Shown piece after piece: positions 30,931 to 40,789 of a stretch of 64,000 nucleotides of DNA (its first letter is position 1; each line of letters begins with the position of its first letter). Below the pieces are notes generated by a model. That model was not told the origin of the DNA. It searched no databases and saw nothing but the letters and a program-made list of their open reading frames with translations. A program made the position numbers and the translations under genes. Source of the stretch: Mycoplasmatota bacterium (lineage in GTDB: Bacteria > Bacillota_I > Bacilli_A > Izemoplasmatales > Hujiaoplasmataceae); assembly GCA_016342455.1 (NCBI GenBank), contig JAEIOE010000003.1, positions 6,073-70,072 of the forward strand, read 5' to 3'.

Positions 30931-31827
30931 ATGCTTAAAGATGAAATACTGAAACTAAAAAAAGAAAAGAACGCTATTATTCTTGCGCATTTCTATCAAC
31001 ATGATGAAGTTCAAGATATCGCTGATTTTGTTGGAGATTCTTTAGCGCTTTCTAGAAAAGCAGCTTCTACAGATGCTGATGTAATAGTGTTCTGTGGAGT
31101 ATACTTTATGGCGGAAACTGCTAAAATATTATCTCCTGATAAAATGGTGTTATTACCGAAGCAAAATGCTTTATGTAATATGGCAGCTATGATTTCATAT
31201 GATGCACTTAAAAAATATAAAGAAGAACACCCAGAACGTAAAATAGTTACCTATGTAAATACCAGAGCTGAAATAAAAGCTTTATCAGATATTATAGTAA
31301 CTAGTTCAAACGCTGAAAAGATTATGAAAAACTTTGAAGGCGAAAAAATAATGTATACACCAGATAAAAATTTAGGTTTATATCTAAGAGATAAACTAGG
31401 CTATGATATAGAAGTATGGCCAGGACATTGTTACATCCATGACAGATTAACAATCAATGATGTAAAGGAACTTAGAAAGAAGTATCCTAATGCAGAAGTG
31501 TTAATCCATCCAGAAGCTCCGCTTGAAGTTTTAAAACAAGCAGACTATGTTGGTTCAACAAAAGGGATACTTGACTATGCAACTAATTCAGAAGCGAAAG
31601 ACTTTGTCATCGGAACTGATAAAGGGATTCTTCATGCATTAAGAAAACAGAATCCTGAAAAAAACTTCCATATTCTATCTCATGGATTATCATGTTTTAA
31701 CATGAAAAGAATTAAATTAGAAGACGTATTAGATGCCTTAAAATATGACCAACATCAAATAGAAGTTGATCCAGATATCGCAGCTAGAGCGAAGAGAGCT
31801 TTAGATGAAATGTTGAGGTTAAGCTAA
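30931..31827 (+). CDS. nadA: Quinolinate synthase
   Basis: LAHFYQ, GDSLALS, FCGVYFMAE, YVNT, HPE, YVGST; ATG 30931 preferred. Confidence 0.95.
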   Translation: MLKDEILKLKKEKNAIILAHFYQHDEVQDIADFVGDSLALSRKAASTDADVIVFCGVYFMAETAKILSPDKMVLLPKQNALCNMAAMISYDALKKYKEEHPERKIVTYVNTRAEIKALSDIIVTSSNAEKIMKNFEGEKIMYTPDKNLGLYLRDKLGYDIEVWPGHCYIHDRLTINDVKELRKKYPNAEVLIHPEAPLEVLKQADYVGSTKGILDYATNSEAKDFVIGTDKGILHALRKQNPEKNFHILSHGLSCFNMKRIKLEDVLDALKYDQHQIEVDPDIAARAKRALDEMLRLS

Positions 31828-33332
31828 TGGAAAATAAACATACAGATGTACTAATCATTGGGACTGGTTTATCCGGTCTTTTTGCTGCAATAAACATAGA
31901 TCCTAAATACCATGTTACACTTTTAGCTAAGACTAAAGTTAGTAATTCTAACTCGAATCTTGCTCAAGGTGGTATTGCTTGTGAATACAATGAAAACAAA
32001 GAATTACATGAATCTCATATCCAAGATACAATGAGAGCTGGAGCTTATTTCAATGATGAAGTTGCCGTGAAATATTTAGTGGATAATGCCTTTGATGCAG
32101 TGAAATATCTAGTCAATTTAGGTGTTGATTTTGACGTTTCAAAAGCCGGAGATTTTCTCTTTACTAAAGAGGGTGGACATTCAACAAATAGAATCCTTCA
32201 CAGTGGTGGAGATGCTACTGGACACAATGTGATTAAAGACCTTTTAAGCATTGTTAGAAAGCGAGAAAATATAGAAATAATTGATAATACAATGGCACTT
32301 GATTTAATCAAACAAGACAATAGAATTACAGGTTGTATTGTCCTGAGAAATCAAGCAAGTTATTATCATATCTACGCTAAAAAAACAATAATCGCGACTG
32401 GTGGCGTCGGGTCTGTTTACGGTTCAACAACAAACGATTTAAACGCTACAGGTGATGGTATCGGTATGGCTTATCGAGCTGGTTGTGTTTTCCAAAATAT
32501 GGAGTTCGTTCAGTTTCACCCAACAGCACTCTATTCAGAGTTTGTTACTTCTAGACAACGTTTCTTAATCTCAGAAGCAGTTAGAGGTGAAGGAGCTTAC
32601 TTAAGAAACGTAGAAAAAGAAAGATTTATGATTAAATATGATAAAGAAAGAATGGAGTTAGCACCTAGGGATATTGTATCTCAAGCAATCTATCGTGAGA
32701 TGTATGATACCTGGACTGACCATGTCTATTTAGATACAAAACATTTAGATCCAAAGTACCTAGAAAAAAGGTTCCCAACTATATTCAATAGATGTAAAAA
32801 AGAAGGTTATATTTTAGGCTTAGATTTAATCCCAGTAGCACCAGCAGAACACTTTCTTTGTGGTGGTATAAAAACAGACCTTTCTGCTAAAACAACTATC
32901 TCTAATTTATACGCTGTTGGTGAGTCTTCTTATACAGGAATCCATGGAGCAAATAGACTGGCTTCCAACTCTTTATTAGAATGCCTTGTATTTTCTAAAG
33001 CAGCTGCGAAAGACATCAATAATTCAATAGAATCTATTGATCAAGTCTCTCAAACAGCTATTAAAGGAATACCAAACTATAATTACAACTATAAACCTAT
33101 TCGCAAGAAAATAGGCGACTATATGGATGAACATGTATCTATTGTCAGAAATGAACAAGGATTGGCATTGACACTAAATGTTTTAACTGATATAGAAAAT
33201 AATCTAACGAAGTATCCTAATCTTACTAAATACTATTATGAAACTTTAAACATGGCATCAACTGCCAGATTAATCGCAAAAGCAGCTTTAGAAAGAAAGG
33301 AAAGCAAAGGATGTCATCTGAGAATAAACTAG
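31827..33332 (+). CDS. nadB: L-aspartate oxidase
   Basis: GxGxxG, SNLAQGGI, EGGHS, FVQFHPT, ISEAVRGEG, ELAPRD, HGANRLASNSL. Confidence 0.95.
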   Translation: MENKHTDVLIIGTGLSGLFAAINIDPKYHVTLLAKTKVSNSNSNLAQGGIACEYNENKELHESHIQDTMRAGAYFNDEVAVKYLVDNAFDAVKYLVNLGVDFDVSKAGDFLFTKEGGHSTNRILHSGGDATGHNVIKDLLSIVRKRENIEIIDNTMALDLIKQDNRITGCIVLRNQASYYHIYAKKTIIATGGVGSVYGSTTNDLNATGDGIGMAYRAGCVFQNMEFVQFHPTALYSEFVTSRQRFLISEAVRGEGAYLRNVEKERFMIKYDKERMELAPRDIVSQAIYREMYDTWTDHVYLDTKHLDPKYLEKRFPTIFNRCKKEGYILGLDLIPVAPAEHFLCGGIKTDLSAKTTISNLYAVGESSYTGIHGANRLASNSLLECLVFSKAAAKDINNSIESIDQVSQTAIKGIPNYNYNYKPIRKKIGDYMDEHVSIVRNEQGLALTLNVLTDIENNLTKYPNLTKYYYETLNMASTARLIAKAALERKESKGCHLRIN

Positions 33333-34111
33333 TTAATACAAACTATCATACACATATGTATCTTTGCCGACACGCAAAAGGAACAACAGAGGATTATGTT
33401 CTTCAAGCTATAAACTATGGTTTTAAGCAAATCGGCATGTCTGACCATGCTCCTTGGAAAGAATTAGCATTACGTTCTGAAAGAATGTATTTAAAGGATT
33501 ATCAAAAATATCTTCAAGGATTAGCAGAAGTTAAGAAAAAATACAGTGATCAGATAAAAATAGATACCGGGCTTGAGATTGAGTATTTCAAATTTAAAGA
33601 CAAGTATTACCAAGATTTTCTTAAAGACGTCGACTATTTAGTATTAGGTCAACACTATATTGAAATGAATGGGAAGCTTAGAAGTATTTATAAAATCAAA
33701 ACTTTAGAAGAACTTACAGTATATAAAGACACAATCATTGAAGCAATCAATACAGGTTATTTTAAATTTATTGCTCATCCTGATATATTCTTATTTCAAC
33801 AAAAAGAACTTTCAAAAGAAGTATTAGATTTATGTGAAGAGATAATTATAGCTGCTAAAGAAAAAAATATTCCATTAGAAATTAATGCGAACGGAATTCG
33901 AAAAGGTAGTTTCACTATTGATGGTGAATTAAGATATCGCTATCCAAGAGAAGAATTTTTTGAACTAGTTAGGAAGCATGATGCAACTTGTTTAATTTCA
34001 AGTGATGCACACAAACCAGAATTACTTTATGATGAAGCTGTAGAAATTGCAGTAAAATTTTCAAGGCGCCTGAAGCTAAGAGTAGTAGAAGAACTATCAC
34101 TCGACTCATAA
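33311..34111 (+). CDS. PHP-family phosphatase (HisJ/HisK-like histidinol phosphatase)
   Basis: NYHTH..CRHA, MSDH, GLEIE, GQHY, AHPD, SSDAH. Confidence 0.88.
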   Translation: MSSENKLVNTNYHTHMYLCRHAKGTTEDYVLQAINYGFKQIGMSDHAPWKELALRSERMYLKDYQKYLQGLAEVKKKYSDQIKIDTGLEIEYFKFKDKYYQDFLKDVDYLVLGQHYIEMNGKLRSIYKIKTLEELTVYKDTIIEAINTGYFKFIAHPDIFLFQQKELSKEVLDLCEEIIIAAKEKNIPLEINANGIRKGSFTIDGELRYRYPREEFFELVRKHDATCLISSDAHKPELLYDEAVEIAVKFSRRLKLRVVEELSLDS

Positions 34112-34207
34112 AATATTCGCGTTGATGGCAAAAATTGATTTCCTTATGTAACGATTTTTACCAAATGGTAGGGTATATTTACCGTAGTAAGTAATAAAAA
34201 TTAAAAA

Positions 34208-34237
34208 TTCGGCCGATTTTTCAGTCGAGTTTTTTTA
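34208..34237 (+). terminator. Terminator of the nadA-nadB-PHP operon
   Basis: AATTCGGCCGA/TCAGTCGAGTT stem (G-U pairs, one mismatch) plus T-run. Confidence 0.6.
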
Positions 34238-34399
34238 TTTTGTCAAACAGCAGTAACAGCATAAACTATTATAGTCATCGACTTTATTTGAATATGTTTA
34301 ACCAAGAGTAGGAGTGGGTAAAACCACTCATAATCATACAATCACATTCATTTGATAATTATTTGGGGACAAATTCTTAGTTTTCCCGTAACCTAAATA

Positions 34400-34427
34400 A
34401 GTACATATAATGTATATTATGTTAACT
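34400..34427. other. dif-like XerC/XerD recombination site
   Basis: AGTACATATAA-TGTATA-TTATGTTAACT; 23/28 identical to E. coli dif and 22/28 to B. subtilis dif; lies at the gene-strand switch. Confidence 0.85.
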
Positions 34428-34641
34428 TAATACAAATACCTAAACCGCGCGCTTTAGCAAAGCAGTGTTTACAAGGTGGAAAACAGCATGTTACTTTTTC
34501 TGCTAAAAATGGCTCTCTATTTTCACCCTTTCAAATACCCCTCTGAAAATTACCTTAGTCAATAGGTTATATTTGATATTAAGGTAATCGGTTTTAGCCC
34601 TTTATATGATATAATAATCTTAGATAAGAGGTGATTATACT

Positions 34642-35619
34642 TTGGGTAAGATATACATGATATTCACAGGTGGAACTATCTCAATGAAAATTGACGACGT
34701 TAGTCACACAGTAAAACCTGCTCTCTCTGCAAAACAAATTATGCAGAGTCTATTAGAGTCGGAATTATACAACGAGCTTGAGGTGATAGAATATTCTGAA
34801 GTTCCTTCTCCAGCAATTACAAATGAAATGATGTTGGACATTGCCAAGCTAATTAAAAAAATCATTCGTGAGAATGATCCAACCGGATTTGTTATCATAC
34901 ATGGTACAGATACTTTAGAAGAGACTGCTTTCTTTTTAGATACGATCATTGATACGGAAATTCCAATTGTAGTTACTGGTTCTATGAAGTCAAGTTCTGA
35001 ACTTGGATTCGATGGCATAAACAATTTGACCTCTTCCATATTAGTTGCGAGAGCAACTAAATCAAGAGGGCGTGGAGTGCTTGTTGTAATGAATGATCAA
35101 ATTAACGCAGCTGCTGAAGTTACGAAAACCAATACCTTAACATTAGATACTTTTAAATCTTTTGACTATGGTGCATTAGGAATCGTTGATAGCAGGCAAG
35201 TAATGTTTTATCGAAACATCAGTTATAAGCGCAAAAAAGTTTTAGTTGATAGCGTATGTAGCAATGTCTATTTAATTAAATCATATGCTTCCGCTCAATC
35301 TGATGTCATTATGATGATGATTCAGAATGGCCTTAAAGGTTTAGTTATTGAAGCACTTGGGAGAGGAAACCTCCCACCTACTATGATTTCTGGTATTCAG
35401 GCTTGCCTTGATAAGGGTATCCCAGTGGTTATTTGCTCCCGTTGTCCTTCTGGTAGAGTTTTAGACTCCTATGGCTATGTTGGTGGCGGTAAATACCTAA
35501 CTGAAATGGGATGTATTTTAGCTCCTTCACTGAACGGTCAAAAGGCGAGAATCCAATTGATGTTAGCCTTAGAGAAATCGAATGATTTCAACTATATTCA
35601 AGACTTATTTACGATATAA
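34642..35619 (+). CDS. ansA: L-asparaginase (type I-like)
   Basis: TGGTISM, HGTDTLEETA, TGSM, GRGN, SRCPSG; GAGGTG RBS, TTG start. Confidence 0.92.
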   Translation: MGKIYMIFTGGTISMKIDDVSHTVKPALSAKQIMQSLLESELYNELEVIEYSEVPSPAITNEMMLDIAKLIKKIIRENDPTGFVIIHGTDTLEETAFFLDTIIDTEIPIVVTGSMKSSSELGFDGINNLTSSILVARATKSRGRGVLVVMNDQINAAAEVTKTNTLTLDTFKSFDYGALGIVDSRQVMFYRNISYKRKKVLVDSVCSNVYLIKSYASAQSDVIMMMIQNGLKGLVIEALGRGNLPPTMISGIQACLDKGIPVVICSRCPSGRVLDSYGYVGGGKYLTEMGCILAPSLNGQKARIQLMLALEKSNDFNYIQDLFTI

Positions 35620-35623
35620 AAAT

Positions 35624-35659
35624 AAAACACTCAACCATTAATTTGGCTGAGTGTTTTTT
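35624..35659. terminator. Bidirectional terminator
   Basis: AAAACACTCAACCA/TGGCTGAGTGTTTT. Confidence 0.8.
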
Positions 35660-35662
35660 CTA

Positions 35663-36091
35663 TTATTCATCTTCTTCTTCGTTATCTTCATCTTTTTCCA
35701 ATAATAAACGATTCAGTTCATTCACTTCCGTCTTATACTTTTTAGAAGCTACTAATAAGGCAACTCCGTAAATAAGACCAATCACTGCTATTATGATGTA
35801 TATAGTGTAGGTGAACCTAAATAGGTAAGTGCCGTAGGTAGATCTGATGATTAATAAAGCTGGTATTATTAAGAGGAAGCCTAGTATTGCATTTATATAT
35901 CCTCTACCCTTTTCCGATTTAAATACTCTAATTGCTAAAGCAACGAATATAGAGATTAACAATACAGATACACTTATCTTTACATAAGCTAAAGCAATAC
36001 TAAATCTTCTAATAATTATTAGATTTAATACAATAGTTAGTAAGCTAGTAATGAAGAATGTTTTATAGAATGTTTTCATATATTTTCTCAT
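35663..36091 (-). CDS. Membrane protein (DUF3021-like, candidate LytTR-system inhibitor)
   Basis: Four TM helices, C-terminal VNELNRLL; coupled to the LytTR gene by AGGAGG and a TAATG overlap. Confidence 0.7.
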   Translation of the reverse strand: MRKYMKTFYKTFFITSLLTIVLNLIIIRRFSIALAYVKISVSVLLISIFVALAIRVFKSEKGRGYINAILGFLLIIPALLIIRSTYGTYLFRFTYTIYIIIAVIGLIYGVALLVASKKYKTEVNELNRLLLEKDEDNEEEDE

Positions 36092-36534
36092 TACAATTTA
36101 CCTCCTAATTTGCGTTTTAGAACTGAAACGTATTTCCTCGATATAATCAGCTTTTCTTTATTTAATAAAGTAGCTTCCATTCTACCATTTAATGAGCTTG
36201 AGAATGTTTGGATCTTTCTCGTATTCAGAATTGTATTCTTATTGATCCTAATAAATGGTGTGTCAGATAATATCTCCTCTAATTGATATAGTTTCAAACT
36301 AATTTCATAGACTTCATTTTTTGTATAAGCAAAAACTTTATTATCGGCACTATCGAAGAAATAGATTTTTCTAGGAGCTAGAGTGTATAAACGGTCATCA
36401 ATTTTTCCTGTAATTGTTTTGTTTAAGTAAGTTAGAATTCTAACAATCTCTTCTGTTTGTTCATTTTTAACTTTACAGCTAATCAGAACTTCAGTTTCTT
36501 CAATTGTAGGCCTTTCTTCCACTCTAATTTTCAT
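36091..36534 (-). CDS. Stand-alone LytTR DNA-binding regulator
   Basis: KLYQLEE, FIRINKNTILN, LNGRMEATL, ISRKYV; no receiver domain. Confidence 0.93.
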   Translation of the reverse strand: MKIRVEERPTIEETEVLISCKVKNEQTEEIVRILTYLNKTITGKIDDRLYTLAPRKIYFFDSADNKVFAYTKNEVYEISLKLYQLEEILSDTPFIRINKNTILNTRKIQTFSSSLNGRMEATLLNKEKLIISRKYVSVLKRKLGGKL

Positions 36535-36535
36535 A

Positions 36536-37174
36536 TTAACTCTCCATATAATCTGATAAAATTTCTTCTATGTTTTGGAACTCTGTAACTCCTAATCTTA
36601 GTGTAGCTAATCGGTATTCTAAGACTTCGTATACCTCATCAAACATCACTAAAACTTCTGGCAAATTTTCTCTCGTATAGCTTCCTCTAAAGTCATTAAT
36701 TCTTTGGTAAGCTAGACCCCTTGTTTCCAATAATCCTTCACGATAAAGAACTATTGTTTCTATCTTTGTTTGAACGCTTGCTAAATCATCCTCTAAGAGA
36801 ACAAATTCGCTATCTTTGATAAGCTGAGCCTTGTCTTTAATTGAAGCTACTAATACTTGGATATTTTCAACTTCAATTAAAATTTCTTGATGGATTGCAA
36901 TCAATTCTAGGCGCTTTTGATTGAACTGAATAATGTCACTTACTCCCTCATCAGAAAGCTCCACTACATAGTATTCTGTATTAGACAAGCTAGTTAATTC
37001 TATATTGTTTATAGACTCACTATCGCTTGAATCATAAGAATAACTTATCGCTTTAAAGTCATTCGATGCTCGAATTAGACTATCCATTAACGATGAATTT
37101 TCAGTACAACTCACAAACATAAATAAAGCCATTACTGTTACAAATAAACTTAAAATCATTTTTCCTTTTTTCAT
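36536..37174 (-). CDS. Helical lipoprotein, unknown function
   Basis: Lipobox FVSC; coiled-coil-like body. Confidence 0.8.
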   Translation of the reverse strand: MKKGKMILSLFVTVMALFMFVSCTENSSLMDSLIRASNDFKAISYSYDSSDSESINNIELTSLSNTEYYVVELSDEGVSDIIQFNQKRLELIAIHQEILIEVENIQVLVASIKDKAQLIKDSEFVLLEDDLASVQTKIETIVLYREGLLETRGLAYQRINDFRGSYTRENLPEVLVMFDEVYEVLEYRLATLRLGVTEFQNIEEILSDYMES

Positions 37175-37205
37175 AAAAAGACACTTCCTTTCTTAATCTG
37201 TCTCG

Positions 37206-37274
37206 ATTGTAAAACACATAAGAAAGATATTCAAGGAAATGTCTTGTAAGTTGCAAATATTGTATAGTAAGTTG
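37206..37274 (-). promoter_or_regulatory. LytTR-type direct-repeat site plus promoter
   Basis: CAACTTAC twice with 21-bp period (37267-74, 37246-53), 11 nt upstream of TTGAAT-17 bp-TACAAT. Confidence 0.75.
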
Positions 37275-37280
37275 TGTTAT

Positions 37281-37835
37281 TTACCTCAACATCATCGCTA
37301 AAGCATCTTTAATTAATTCGTTTGTATTCTTAGATGGGTCCAATTTAGGTAAGACTTTTCTTATTTCTTTATCCTTATATCCTAAGGCTTTTAAGGCTTC
37401 ATCCACATCAATTAAATTCAATGTTTTAACAGCTTTATTTTCGAACTCTATCTTTCCTTTTAAATCAAGAATGATTTGTTGGGAAGCTTTAGGTCCGATC
37501 CCTGGGAACTTTTGTAAGTACTTTGCATTACCGTCATCAATAGCTACCGTAATAGATTCTACTGAACCTGAGGCTAAAATAGCATTTGCGCTTTTAGGAC
37601 CAATACCATTCACTGATATTAGTTTTATGAATAGTTCTCTTTCTTTTTGTGTTTTAAAGCCATACAAGCTAATAGCATCATCCGAAACTTTTTGATAAAT
37701 AAATACAGTCATTTCTGAATGCAACAAGAAAGCATATGGATTAGCAGCTATTACTTTATAACCAACTCCATTGTTTTCTACAGTAATATAGGTAGGATTG
37801 ATTTCAGTAATCGCACCTTTAATATAATCATACAT
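37281..37835 (-). CDS. ruvA: Holliday junction branch migration protein RuvA
   Basis: MYDYIKG, GVGYK, LYGF, SVNGIGPK, GIGPKASQQIILDLKGK. Confidence 0.96.
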   Translation of the reverse strand: MYDYIKGAITEINPTYITVENNGVGYKVIAANPYAFLLHSEMTVFIYQKVSDDAISLYGFKTQKERELFIKLISVNGIGPKSANAILASGSVESITVAIDDGNAKYLQKFPGIGPKASQQIILDLKGKIEFENKAVKTLNLIDVDEALKALGYKDKEIRKVLPKLDPSKNTNELIKDALAMMLR

Positions 37836-37847
37836 TGTTATATCTCC

Positions 37848-39128
37848 TTACTCAACGAATTCTAATTCTAAATCCATTATGATAATAGTATCTCCTGATT
37901 TAGCTCCAGCATCTCTTAATCGATCATCAAGCCCTGCTTTTCTTAGTTTGGTGATGAATATCGTTAAAGATTCATCCGTATCAAGATTCGCTCTATTGTA
38001 TAGTTTCTCTACTAGTGCACCTTTTACATCAAAGGTAACATCACTGATACGATTGATAACAAAGTCCATGTCTTCTTCATTGTAAGTATATTCCACATAA
38101 TCATCCACAACTTCATCTTTCTTATAGAAGAATGGTGTTGTTTCTAAAAGAATAGACGCTTCGTAGACTAATTCTTTTAAATTGTCATTTACTATAGCAG
38201 ACACTGGAATGATCAATGTATCTTCATCAAAATGTTTCTTAAACGCTATTAATCTTTCTTCAGCACCTTCTACATCCATTTTAGAAGCTACAATGATTTG
38301 AGGTCTCTCTAAAAGATTATAATCATAGTTCTTTAATTCTTCATTAATGGTTACATAGTCTTCATAAGGTTCTCTTAAAGATTCCGGACTCATTTCTACC
38401 ACATGAATTAACACTCTCGTTCTTTCAATATGTTTTAAGAATTGAATACCTAATCCTAATCCTTCTGAAGCGCCTTTGATAAGTCCTGGCATATCAGCTA
38501 AAACAAAACTTTGTCTTCCTGGCACTTGAACAACTCCTAAGTTAGGAATTAAAGTTGTAAAAGGATAGTCAGCTATTTTTGGTCTTGAATTAGATAAGAC
38601 AGTAATCAAAGTAGATTTACCAACTGATGGGAAACCGATTAATCCAACATCAGCTAAAAGTTTTAATTCGATATGAAGGTTCATCTCAATTCCTTGACCA
38701 CCATTTTCTTGGAAGTTAGGAGCTTTATTTCTTGATGAAGAAAAAGTTGTATTTCCTCTACCACCATGACCACCTTTTGCAATAATTTCTGCTTGGCCAT
38801 GTTCTGTGATATCAGCGAGCACTTCTCGAGTACCTTCTCTATATATAGTAGTTCCTAATGGAACCTTAACCAATACGTCTTTTGCATCGGCACCTTTCAT
38901 TTTCTTTCTCATTCCGTTTTCACCAGCTTTGGCATAAACGTGTTTTTGGAATTTTAGATCTAGTAAAGTAGACATTCCTTCATCTCCAACAAAGACTATA
39001 GAACCACCTTTGCCTCCATCTCCACCATTTGGTCCACCAAGTGGAACATGTTTTTCACGACGAAAAGAAACGATTCCATCGCCACCTTTTCCTGATTTTA
39101 TTAATATATCGACTTCATCTATAAACAT
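37848..39128 (-). CDS. obgE: GTPase ObgE
   Basis: FRREKHVPLGGPNGGDGG, GFPSVGKST, YPFTT, DMPGLI. Confidence 0.97.
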   Translation of the reverse strand: MFIDEVDILIKSGKGGDGIVSFRREKHVPLGGPNGGDGGKGGSIVFVGDEGMSTLLDLKFQKHVYAKAGENGMRKKMKGADAKDVLVKVPLGTTIYREGTREVLADITEHGQAEIIAKGGHGGRGNTTFSSSRNKAPNFQENGGQGIEMNLHIELKLLADVGLIGFPSVGKSTLITVLSNSRPKIADYPFTTLIPNLGVVQVPGRQSFVLADMPGLIKGASEGLGLGIQFLKHIERTRVLIHVVEMSPESLREPYEDYVTINEELKNYDYNLLERPQIIVASKMDVEGAEERLIAFKKHFDEDTLIIPVSAIVNDNLKELVYEASILLETTPFFYKKDEVVDDYVEYTYNEEDMDFVINRISDVTFDVKGALVEKLYNRANLDTDESLTIFITKLRKAGLDDRLRDAGAKSGDTIIIMDLELEFVE

Positions 39129-39152
39129 AATACACCTCTACTTAATAGTATA

Positions 39153-39632
39153 CTATATACAGCGTTCATATGCTAAGCGATTGATTCCTGATAAATACCC
39201 AATATCTTCGAAGCCCATTTTTTTAATGAGTGCTTGCATTCGGTAATTATCTGGGTGAGTGTCTATTTTAATAGATTCATAATTTAAACGCTTCCCAAGT
39301 TCAATCGCATAACCAAACATCTGTTTAGCTATACCTTGTTTTTGAAACTCTGGATCTACAATCATTCTATGAATAACCAATGAATGATTCTTTTTCCAAA
39401 CGATTTCTTTGTATGCTTCCTCATTTTCTTCCAAAACAGTAATAGAAGCGATAATCTTACTGTCTTCCTTATATATATATAAGCCTAAATTATTGTAATC
39501 AGTCAAAAAATGAGCCTGATTAGGATAATCACCTATCCATTGAAATAAGCCCATTTCTAACATATGTGTTCTTGTTTTCTTTGCTAATAAAGATATTTCT
39601 TCTATATCCTCTTTTTTAGCTAACTCAATCAT
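39153..39632 (-). CDS. GNAT family N-acetyltransferase
   Basis: QW..DYP, IHRMIVDPEFQKQGIA, IDTHPDNYRMQ. Confidence 0.9.
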   Translation of the reverse strand: MIELAKKEDIEEISLLAKKTRTHMLEMGLFQWIGDYPNQAHFLTDYNNLGLYIYKEDSKIIASITVLEENEEAYKEIVWKKNHSLVIHRMIVDPEFQKQGIAKQMFGYAIELGKRLNYESIKIDTHPDNYRMQALIKKMGFEDIGYLSGINRLAYERCI

Positions 39633-40789
39633 TAAATTTCACTTACTCCATCAGTAGGTTCAAAGATATTAATTACTGGTTCTAATTGATACTTTTCTCT
39701 ATAGCTCTCACTGAAATTTTTAATGAATTGGTCTAATTCATCAGCTTTTACGATGTTCAAAGTAGAACCGCCAAATCCTCCACCAATCATTTTAGAACCT
39801 AAACTACCAGACGCTAGCGCCATTTCAACTAAGTCATCTAATACTTCAGAAGATATCTCATAAAGGTCTCTAGCAGAATTATGAGCTTCTACCAACAACT
39901 TGCCTAATGCAATAAAATCACTATTCTCCAAAGCAAGCTTAGCCGCTCTTACTCTTACATTTTCAGTTACAAGATGCAACACGCGTCTTCTAAGCATTGA
40001 ATCAGTTAAATAGATTTTGTTTGCTTCATACTCTTCAGGAGATAAATCACATAGATCTTTAATGTCAGTGTGTTTTCTCATTATCTTCAAGGCATCTTGT
40101 GTTTCTTGTTGCCTTACATTATATTTAGACTCAGTTAGTTTTCTTGTTTGATTAGAATTTACTAATAACAATTTATGATTTGTCGTATCAACAGGAACAT
40201 ACCTGTAATCTAAAGTATTTGCATTTAAGAAAATCGCATGATCTTTTTTACCATTTGCTATGATAAATTGGTCCATAATACCACAGCTTACTCCAATATA
40301 CATATTCTCAACTGTTTTAGTGATTAAAGCCATTCTTACTCCATCTATATTAAGATTGAAGTAGTCATTTACTATCTTTGTAATAAGAATTAATAAAGCA
40401 GCACTACTAGATAATCCTCCACCTCTAGGTAGGTTTCCTACCATACAGATATCGAATCCTCTATTGATATCAAATTTTCTTACAGTTAATTCCATTAATA
40501 CTCCACTTACATAGTTAGCGAAGTCTCTATCTTTATCGTAACTAAGATTTTCAAGAGAAAAAGTCATGATGCCTTTTCTAGATAAATTATCTGAATAAAC
40601 ATTAACCTGGTTATCCTCTCTTAAAGAAACAGCTGCGTAAATACCTGCATTGATACAGAAAGGTAAAACAGATCCACCATTGTAATCCGTATGTCCACCA
40701 ATAATATTTACACGACCAGGAGAAAAATAAGTTTTATCTGGGTCGTAGTGAAAAACTGATTTGAATATCTCAATAATTTGCTCTTTCAT
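39632..40789 (-). CDS. galK: Galactokinase
   Basis: PGRVNIIGGHTDYNGG, GGGLSSSA, CGIMDQF, GGGFGGS; GGAGG RBS supports ATG 40789. Confidence 0.93.
   Translation of the reverse strand: MKEQIIEIFKSVFHYDPDKTYFSPGRVNIIGGHTDYNGGSVLPFCINAGIYAAVSLREDNQVNVYSDNLSRKGIMTFSLENLSYDKDRDFANYVSGVLMELTVRKFDINRGFDICMVGNLPRGGGLSSSAALLILITKIVNDYFNLNIDGVRMALITKTVENMYIGVSCGIMDQFIIANGKKDHAIFLNANTLDYRYVPVDTTNHKLLLVNSNQTRKLTESKYNVRQQETQDALKIMRKHTDIKDLCDLSPEEYEANKIYLTDSMLRRRVLHLVTENVRVRAAKLALENSDFIALGKLLVEAHNSARDLYEISSEVLDDLVEMALASGSLGSKMIGGGFGGSTLNIVKADELDQFIKNFSESYREKYQLEPVINIFEPTDGVSEI

Noticed and set aside
34112-34641. tmRNA, RNase P RNA, SRP RNA or T-box in the long intergenic gap
   Set aside because: None of the diagnostic motifs (GGGG..TTCGAC/CCA ends, GAGGAAAGTCC, SRP GGAA/AGCAG loop, GGTGG.ACCGCG) is convincingly present.
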